From Pecten maximus (taxonomy: Eukaryota): a stretch of DNA of 64,000 nt. Shown piece by piece: positions 54,995-64,000 of this stretch (position 1 is the stretch's first letter; each line of letters begins with the position of its first letter). A program made the position numbers and the translations under genes. Below the pieces are notes generated by a model. It searched no databases and was not told where the DNA came from. It was given only the letters and a program-made list of their open reading frames with translations. The stretch covers positions 50,530,001 to 50,594,000 of the forward strand of contig NC_047017.1 of NCBI RefSeq assembly GCF_902652985.1, written 5' to 3'.

Positions 54995-57220
54995 ATGTCA
55001 GTTAGGAGTTTATTGTTGTGTATTGTCATCCTTGTGTCGACGTCATCAACAGTTAGCCAAATGCTTCGCGGTCGATCATCGGGTTTAGATCTACAGAGGT
55101 TGTTGTGTGAGTATGACAGATGTAATATATAGGTAAATACAAGGAACTTTACTGCGGTTTTGGCCTTTGTCGCGCGGAACGGCTATTGGTGTAGACCATT
55201 AATGTGACAGTAAAAGTAAATTACTACATTTACTTTGTCTTTGTCGTGAATAACATCAATTTCGATATGACTAATGCTTTATATTCAATTATGTATATTG
55301 TATTTCAACAAAACTTCCAAAAAATGTAAAGGCTGCTATTCTCTATTTTGGAGGGCACAAGATCACAAACATACCCTGAAAATAAAGTTGATAATACTTT
55401 GAAACTTTTCGTGTCCGAGTTGAACATTGGTAATGGAGAATAGCTTAACCACCGAAAAAATCAACCTACACAATAAACAAAATATTTGATGATACAAACA
55501 ACAAATGAAGTAGTATAATCTTAATTTCAAAGAAAGTTTTCTGTTGACAACAAAATGAACCACTTCCATGTTCACATTGTTTTGTATTTGCTATAAAAAG
55601 ACCTCTTATTTGAATTTTTAAAAATCTGCGATCACTGTTTCTGTAAATTAATGGAAACAAAAATATATTGAAATAGGAATACATGTTGAATAGTTTAAAG
55701 TAAAAGATGTTTACTAGTTATGGATGAAGAACGGCTAAACTATACGTACCATTGTGTAATTGTCCACTCACCTTTTTGTATGATTTACAATTAAATAAAA
55801 AAGTTTCAATGCAAGTAGTTATAATATTGTGGTACCTGGATTTGGTAAATACGCTCAATGACAATAAAATTAAAATCTACAGATCCGACAGTCAACAATC
55901 ATCAATATAGGAAGTTACTTTTGATTACCATGTGACCGAGCATTTGAATGCTACAATGCACTGACACATTACGATGTACTTTGTAATATAATGCTTCACA
56001 GGGAAATATAAGCAAAAACTTTGTTCAAAGTGACATTTATATGAACGAAATAACAACCAAACAGAAAATAAATGAATGAATCAAGACACATGAATGTTGT
56101 AATTAATGCTATCATTTGTATTTATTTTGACATTTATTTGCTATTTTTGTAATTGCAGTGTCAAGCTTAATTGATAAGCCTGATAGACCCGATTTACCGG
56201 ACAGACGAGATATCAAGGACTCTCCTGAAGTGAAAATTTATACCATCCGGGCCAACAACCCCATCATTATCAGGAGGGCGCCCTCTCGTGGATTACTTAC
56301 CCGTGGTTTATCATCAAGCGGCCTGTCGTCTCTCGGTCTATCGTCACGTGGTCTCCTGACAAGTGGTCTGGGATCAGGCAGTCTCACACCACGTGGTCTA
56401 TCGACAGCTGGTCTCATGTCAAGTGATATAGGGTCCCAATATAGGACACTTAAGTTACTAGGTAGGTTTGGGCGTCATCTTTATAGATGTATGATAGGTT
56501 TTCATTTCATATCAATCATTAATTCCTTGGTTTCTTTTTTCTTTTTTCTCCCTACGTCTATGCATAGTGTATCAATGAGGTATCAAAATCCCTTTATATC
56601 CCTAGATCGCTAGCAAAACTAACCGGTATAATATCATAGATGTAATAAGTAATTTCCTCATCGTATTTTCATATGCATCAGTTGGATCACTTGACCTGTT
56701 TCATAACCATCGCATGCACTTGTCTTATCTCCCTTCAGTATTAAGTAGAGCTAGAAGATTTTGTGGTGACAAAGTCATCCGTGCACGAATGTAAAAAATC
56801 AAATTCGTGTGCCTTGTTTTGATGACAGAAGTTTTATATAAAAGAAATATTTAACCTTTTGATTGCAATGATATTCATGGGGATGACTTATGTTAACATC
56901 AGAACGATACAGACTTACAAATAAAACCATTAATCTGAGTAGAAATTGATCAGAAATGGATTCTGTTGCAAATGTACCAAATAATTAAAACCATTGTTTC
57001 TGGAAGGAATGTGCAAACACAATGAACACATTGATATCACAGAAGGTGGTAGTTATCGAGATCAGATATGATAAGTGTGTCTGTCATCAGACAACTTATT
57101 TTAAAGAAATATCTACAGTACATGCTTATTTGGAAAATAATTGCCTTTTAAAAATAAACCTTCTTGCTACGTTGTTATTTTTGTTAACAAATCTTTTACT
57201 CTGTTGCAGGTTTACTGTAG
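54995..57220 (+). CDS. Uncharacterised small secreted protein, 141 aa, with Ser/Gly/Leu/Arg pentapeptide repeats
   Basis: Acceptor at 54973, Kozak-like GCGCCATG. Coding exons 54995-55106 (signal peptide MSVRSLLLCIVILVSTSSTVS), 56159-56461 (frame of ORF 56158) and 57210-57220 (GLL*) are all joined in phase 1 and total 426 nt. AATAAA at 57355. The last exon is the least certain. Confidence 0.72.
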
Positions 57221-58289
57221 ATTATTATTCTATAAAGGCTGAAAACCCGTGGCCAGATCATCCCGGTTTGTCTAACAACATTCCCAAGACAATCAACTCT
57301 GACATTCATCTCGCCCAAACTCAGCAGTGACGGACAAATATACTTAGACAACAAAATAAAAATGAACTACAATGTCTTCCATTTATTTATCATACATCAA
57401 AGCTATGGATATATAATACAAATCAATAAGTACCTTCAATCTAAAGTCGAACGTATGCTGTAAGGTATCTATTTGCAAGAATAGAAATATTTCTTTAATG
57501 ATATAAATCAAAGAAAATAATCCTCTTAAAAACTCTCACCTTACACGGTTTAATATGTCACTGTATCATTTCCCCTCACGGAAGTCCCTGTCTCTAGAAA
57601 TATAAAAAATAGGTCAAAAAAAACTAAAAACGGTATCAAGAAACATGTGCTTCGTGATACCGTTATGTATTTCAGAGCAATTTTAGTGACCGACATTTTC
57701 GATGAACCCATCATCCCATTGAATGTGCCATGTATTATATACATGTATACTTTACACACCATTAATATTGTATTTTACTTTTTTTTTTATAATATGTATT
57801 TATTTGTATTAATAAAATATGTTGTAATATTTATCAGATTGCTTTTATTTTTATAAAAAATACCAGGTTTATTATGGGTGTTTCTCAAATCATATGCTGT
57901 TTGTGTTAACATCACAAGAAAGAAGTTTCAGTCAAATCCTTATTTTGGAGAATAGCAAAAAGGGCGTTTATTATACTGCTCTTTATATTATTAGATGGAT
58001 TTAGGATTCAAATTCTTCATAAGTAGACCACAGAACAGTTTGTGGATGCACAACTCAAAAAAGAAAAAAATACCAAACAATCAAAACATATTGTAATTGT
58101 TCGATAATACCTGAATTAGTAGTAAGATAAACATGTTTATGACACCTGAAGTAGTATTCTGGTTCCAGGTTTTTTTAAGCAAAAAACGTTTTGATATTCT
58201 TATATCAATATATACCCTTAATGCATTCCAACTGTTACTAAATCTGACACTCCTTTCTTGGCTAATAACACTCGATTGAAATACGCCGA

Positions 58290-58369
58290 TCTAAGGTGAT
58301 AGTACCCCTTCTAAGGTGATAGTACCCCTTCTAAGGTGATAGTACCCCTTCTTAGGTGATAGTACCCCT
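58290..58369. repeat. 20-bp tandem repeat, 4 copies
   Basis: CTAAGGTGATAGTACCCCTT repeated. Confidence 0.95.
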
Positions 58370-58520
58370 TTGCTATCAGTTTTATGTCTCATTTCTCCGA
58401 AATTGTTCCTACAGTATTCAATGTTCCGGTCAGTTTTCGAATTATTATTTTGGATTTAAAACTATATTTATACATGGAAGAATATGTATTTATTATTTGA
58501 TAGCATAATAGCATGCAATC

Positions 58521-58720
58521 ATAGATAATACTGTGTGACACTTCCTCGAATCTTAAATCAAACTTTTTAAAAAGACAGATAGAAAAACTATAGATAATAT
58601 TGTGTGACACTTCCTTGAACTCTTAATCAAACTTTTTACAAAGACAGATAGCACAAAATATAGATAATCCTGTGTGACACTTCCTAGAACTCCTAATCAA
58701 ACTTATAACAAAGACAGATA
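58521..58720. repeat. ~70-bp tandem repeat, 3 copies
   Basis: ATAGATAAT..TGTGTGACACTTCCT.GAA...TAATCAAACTT....AAAGACAGATA recurs three times. Confidence 0.85.
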
Positions 58721-61700
58721 ATAAAATAATAAGAGTTTTTAATAAGAAGTCACGTTTATGAATATCAATTTCCTAAAAGTGCGTAATAGATAATCCTTAC
58801 CAAGGAAATAAAAATCAGAAGAGAAACGTTTGCCTCTAGATATTGATCCTCAGCATTTAATCGCGTAGTCTAAAATATCTAAATGCATGGACATACACAC
58901 CATTACGTCTTGGTCATCAAAAGGAATTTAAGTGTTTCTATGGTAATAAGTTCGCTGAGGCTATCGTGAGGCAAATATAATATAATAACGATATGATTAA
59001 TTTTTAAAAGATAATAAATAAAAAAAAAGTACAATTTTCCATCTTCGTATTAAATGATTAACAATTGTGTTATATATATATATATACATGTGTGTTATAT
59101 ATATATAACATAGGTACACAAATTGTAAAATGAGACAACCTTTATCTGTGTCCTGGTTTCAAACTCTTCGGCACTAAACTGCTCAAATAGAATATATTTT
59201 TTTTTAAAGAAACTCATGCCGCATTTTCTTACTAACAGTAAAAATGATGACAAATGATATACATCTATCTATTTACTTAATTATTTTAATTATCGAAAAC
59301 AAAGAACATGGATATAAGCAATCAGATACGTCCACCTCCGGTAAAACTAAGAACAAGAAAGTGCATTATAAAGTATACGGAATATCCACGAAACACTGTA
59401 GTATATGGATAACCAATCCATGTTAATTAAACTATTAAACCAAATTAAGGGATACTCACGTGCAAGTTCGGCATACATTATAGCAGATGCCACATGTCCC
59501 AAAACTGAAAACGAAGATGCATAACGTATATAGTGGTTTACGATACCCAGTAGGGAGGAGCTCTCCAATATCAAAGGCATATGTTTGCATGGAGATAAGC
59601 GTCGTCAAAACAGCCACTTACGGTCATATGCCGACGAATGTGTCGGGAAATACCAACAGGAAATAAAATGTTTGGTGAACAACGCTTGATATATGATATA
59701 TTTCCCAATGTTTGACGTAAGAACTGATATTGAGACAGACTGACAGATCGAGATCAAACCTTTGGTCCCCTCCAGTAAAAGTTTGAGACGATACCCATTG
59801 AATTAATCGAAAGCGCACAATAGAAAATACATATGTATAGCGCAAATACATCTTGACGTACAACACCACTGTCAGAATAAACCAATGGTGTTCGGAAAAA
59901 CGTTCAAACTAAAGTGATGATTATATACACAAAACTTAATGATTTACCATATTACGAGGCAAAACACGTAACATTTACATATAGCAATAACCTATTTAGT
60001 GCATTACTAGACATAGTGAAACCAGATACACAATGAGATGAGGTGATGAGACATTACGTGGAACTAGGTTCACACACATAAGTACATAGTACAAACAAAT
60101 ACACACGCCAAAAGAAAACGTTTTAGAACCGAAAAAAAAAGCAATAAAATATTGATACAAATCTTCTTCCTATAATGTATAAAGTCGGGATAAATAAAAA
60201 TCATCATATAAGTCAACACACAAACAAACCAGTCGGCCAATAAACGCATTATTTATGTTTTCTCACATGTCCTAAGAGCAATCAAAGTGTCTGTCGATAA
60301 TGACTAAATATGGACCGTAGCGGCCACAAGTACGAGTTCTCTCTATCTGTCTGTTCGCAACACTAAATACTTAATTGGTACATCAATCACACACGGACTC
60401 AAAAAAGACAGAAGAAAATAAGTTTTTGCACATAACGATAGGAGACCGGCTTCATGACTTCAGGATCATAGTCAGATTCTTGGCTTTGTATCCACTTTTA
60501 TAATCTGTCTAATGTTGTATTCATGAATATTCTGAATACTACTTTCTAATATACTTTGTCATCGTACATATATTCCTATGCAATATTTGTTCAAGCCGAT
60601 GTATATTAGACTTACCTCCCTTCTAGGATTTCATTATCGAGACCCAGAATGAACCACAGACTTAAAACGCGGTCTTATAAAAGGAATTATCTGTATTTGT
60701 TATCAGATTTATAATCAGAGACATTAACAACGTGTGTGACCATTGTACAAGTATATAACAACACCTATTTTAACATTATTCTATATTTCGTCATACCTGG
60801 TAATTATTCTGATTGGTATTAGGTAATTATGAATCGATGGTGGAAATACCTTTCGAGTTCAAACTGTTCTAAACTACGTTCTGCTCTCTGTGAGTGTATG
60901 TTACGTATAGGATAAGTAGAAATTAGACGATTACTTACAATCAATGACCAAAAGGGGTTATTTACGTCCTTATCATAGGTAAACGGTGATTTATAAATAG
61001 TCCATCTAAAATATTATAACTACAGTATTGTATTAAAATGTATTATAATATAACATGCAGCAAAGTGTCGCCTTGCAAGTTCCAGGCTGGTTTTATTTAA
61101 GAATAATTTTACATATCTATTATAATTGTGAAATACATTTTGATTTATTTTATTAGCTCACGCTATAAACAACATTAGTATAGTATATTTGATAGAAAGG
61201 ATGCACATTTTTTAAGATGCAATAGTGATTTCTTGTCCAAGAATTACCGCCAGATTTGTGCACCAGGACCGCCTCCTTACAAATACAGCCCTCATTCATT
61301 TATTTACTAATTGTGCTCGAGTTTTGTTTTATATTTGACATTAATGTATTTTTTTTACAGTTTTAAGTAGACCATGTGAGAGGTGGTATTTAGGGGAGAG
61401 ACTCTGGAATTTGTAAACGTTTGAATGGAATATATGTTAAGAACTTTTTCACCCTACCAGATAAGTAAAAGAGATGTAAAACACTTTCGATTCATGTTTT
61501 GTAAAATTTGCCATCTAAACATCCCAATCTACTTTTTTCAATTATATTATTTTCTATTTAAAATCATCTTTTAAAATCTATTCATTATCATTTTAGGTTT
61601 GAGATTTTCGCAATTATTGTTTTCACATGTTTTATAAAGATTTAGATTTGGTCGCCTCCTTTAGGCTCTTAAAATTGCTGACGGGTCGTAGAAAGAAAAA

Positions 61701-63239
61701 CACAAAAGTATGAAGTCCCTAACATCATTGACGAGTCGTAGAAGACCGCAACAGCTGTAGGGTGTTCTTAAAGGGTTTTAGACACAAAAGGGTTAAAGTT
61801 GTCTATAGGTTGGTTTTCTGAAAAGCCAGTCAAATAACCCTCACACTCCTGGGGTTGTGTATATACACGCTGAGATACAGGGTACAGCATGGGCCCATCT
61901 GGACAACTGACCTATATGCAAAATTTCATTCTGATAACGAGGTCAGTCAGCCTCCTACGTCACAGGTTCACCGCTGCTGAGACGGCAGCTGATAGTATAA
62001 CTAACGTTATAAACATCCAAATATGTGTCGCATTAAATCACTATTTACACACTATCTACCAAAGGTTTTGTGATGTGGGAATACTTTACATTAATATATT
62101 GGGTTACAACAGTGAATTGGTTACATGTACTCCAGTGATGATCCCGTTATTAATTTAACAACTGTATTAAATTCAACTTTATTCCATAAGTTTTACAACT
62201 TATTGGATAAAATAGTATATAACATTAATGGACAATCTGTTTCGAGTTTTTTTTTTCACTTTTTCATTTACACTTTGAGTCTTTTGCCTCACTAACGAGT
62301 CATGGAAGGACGAAACAGTTGCATGATGTCCCTAACAACACTGACGAATCATGGAAGGAGGAAATGTCTATATGATACAATTTTACACTCATCATTTGGT
62401 ATATATTCTGTATCTAGTACTTAATTCAAATTAAAGGGTACCTTTACGATCCCTGTAGAGGTAAAGGTTTGGTTAGTTTGGAATCATTTAAACACAACAC
62501 CAATATGCACTGTTAATGTATACTATAGATGTCTTAGGGAGTTGTGTGTGTACTGTATCTAACAACATAGATGAATTATTCATAAACGTTAAATAGTGAT
62601 CCATCTGGAAACAGGTCGTGTAACCTAAAGAAGTGATAGGTTACCTCACAACAAAGTATGAACATACCGAATGTTTTTACCGTTAGAGTAATGGACATGT
62701 TCCCTGGTACATGGTCAGGCGTTAGGGTTCAAATCTTTATAGCGGAATTTCTCGTAATGAAAATGAACTAAAGTGGGCAAATGATTAATTATTAACTATT
62801 TTACATTAATTGACAGTACTTAAATGCCTATGGACACAGTTTAAAATTAGGAATTTAGATATATGTATATTCCTCCGCTAGGTAACTGTCACTTACACGG
62901 CGAGTTATATTAAATTTTTGTATTAGGTCAAAGCTCACAACTAAAACAATCCGGGAAATAAATACATTTTGTATGTAATTTGAAAATGAAGATTTTTACG
63001 AGGAACAAAACCTGAGCGCAAAAACGTGGGAACTCGCCCTTAATCAATGTAACGGGTATACACTATTCCAGTTGATCATAACTGAATGTGAATATATGGT
63101 TATCATAAAACAGTATACACGGTTGGCTTGACTACTAACCTGTTATAAACCAGGTTGTTAATAATCATACAAAATTAAAGGTCTATCACGAGAAGACACA
63201 CAGGGATATACAACAGTTATCCAAAACAACAACATTCAG

Positions 63240-63312
63240 CACATACATGCATCTCGCACACAAGGGAGGCCGTCCTTAAATGACTTTAGCTGTTTGGGAG
63301 GACGTTAATCAA
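63240..63312 (+). mobile_element. SINE 3' tail fragment
   Basis: CGTCCTTAAATGACTTTAGCTGTTTGGGAGGACGTTAA matches the V-SINE 3' end (2408-2443), but the upstream sequence differs. Confidence 0.55.
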
Positions 63313-64000
63313 GTCAGGATCTATAATTGTAATACCCCATCCATGGTTGTTATCTATCTGACAGCGTTAATAGATGTTAACTTTAATACCACATACAAGG
63401 ATCAGCATTAATTTAGCAACATTAAAGGTTACTTATAATTATAATCTCAAAAATTGCTTATCATAATACAGTATGCAACACGTGGTAATTCTGTTTGTAA
63501 TATCACTAATTATCAGTAGTCTTCGGAGTCGACAATAGTGATACAGCATACCAGATTGTTAATACAAAACTAAACAATATAGACATCACATTATTGATTA
63601 GTGATAGCGATGAATTAGTGCGATACTTGTATCTAAATCCTGTTGTTATCAAATTATGTTGTACAGAATAATTAATGGTATAACTGCTATATCACATTAC
63701 ACTACATTCGTGTTATATTTCATGTATACAAGTGTTACATATTAGCCTTTGTGATACATCTTACGACTTACCTTAATACATTATTGAAATCATCTTTTAA
63801 AGAAAATATGAGACATCACTTTGAACACGATATATACCAACTTCAAAATTCAATATTTACACTTTTCCTTCACTTGGTTTCCACACGTTTGGTTAATTGC
63901 TTACAACAGCCACGGATTCTCATATTCTCCTCATAATATTATAGCATGCACAGATAAATACAACAATCGCTTTATCTTCGACGAGTCCATACACTATTTA

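Noticed and set aside
58780-59900. Possible decayed Penelope-like endonuclease region on the minus strand
   Set aside because: Only a faint resemblance (LAREYPLIWFN) and no diagnostic GIY-YIG motif is readable.
60670-62160. Possible third plus-strand gene (TATA-like sites, donor at ~60890, acceptors at 61360 and 61597)
   Set aside because: No coherent spliced ORF could be built.

Overview
AT-rich, intron-containing animal genomic DNA, most likely a bivalve mollusc. That assignment is inference from the V-domain SINE, the LINE types and a Gly/Tyr shell-matrix-like gene; it is not prokaryotic and has no CRISPR array. Four genes can be spliced by hand. Two are tandem minus-strand cytosolic sulfotransferase paralogues (CDS 4013-9780, 296 aa; 15755-17819, 294 aa) with identical exon sizes for coding exons 1-4. 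Two are plus-strand small secreted low-complexity proteins with matching gene architecture: a Gly/Tyr-rich 134-aa protein (39336-40166) and a Ser/Gly/Leu/Arg pentapeptide-repeat 141-aa protein (54995-57220). The rest is repeats: two full V-SINEs, three CR1/L2-group LINE relics, one RTE-X-like LINE whose 3' UTR seems to contain a 6.5-kb 22-bp satellite with higher-order structure, a Penelope-like fragment, several MITEs with readable TIRs/TSDs, foldback hairpins, a candidate solo LTR and many minisatellites. I see no clearly new biochemical system. The best leads are the secreted-protein pair, the minisatellite built from a splice donor, the satellite inside a LINE tail and the diverged dimerisation motif in one SULT.
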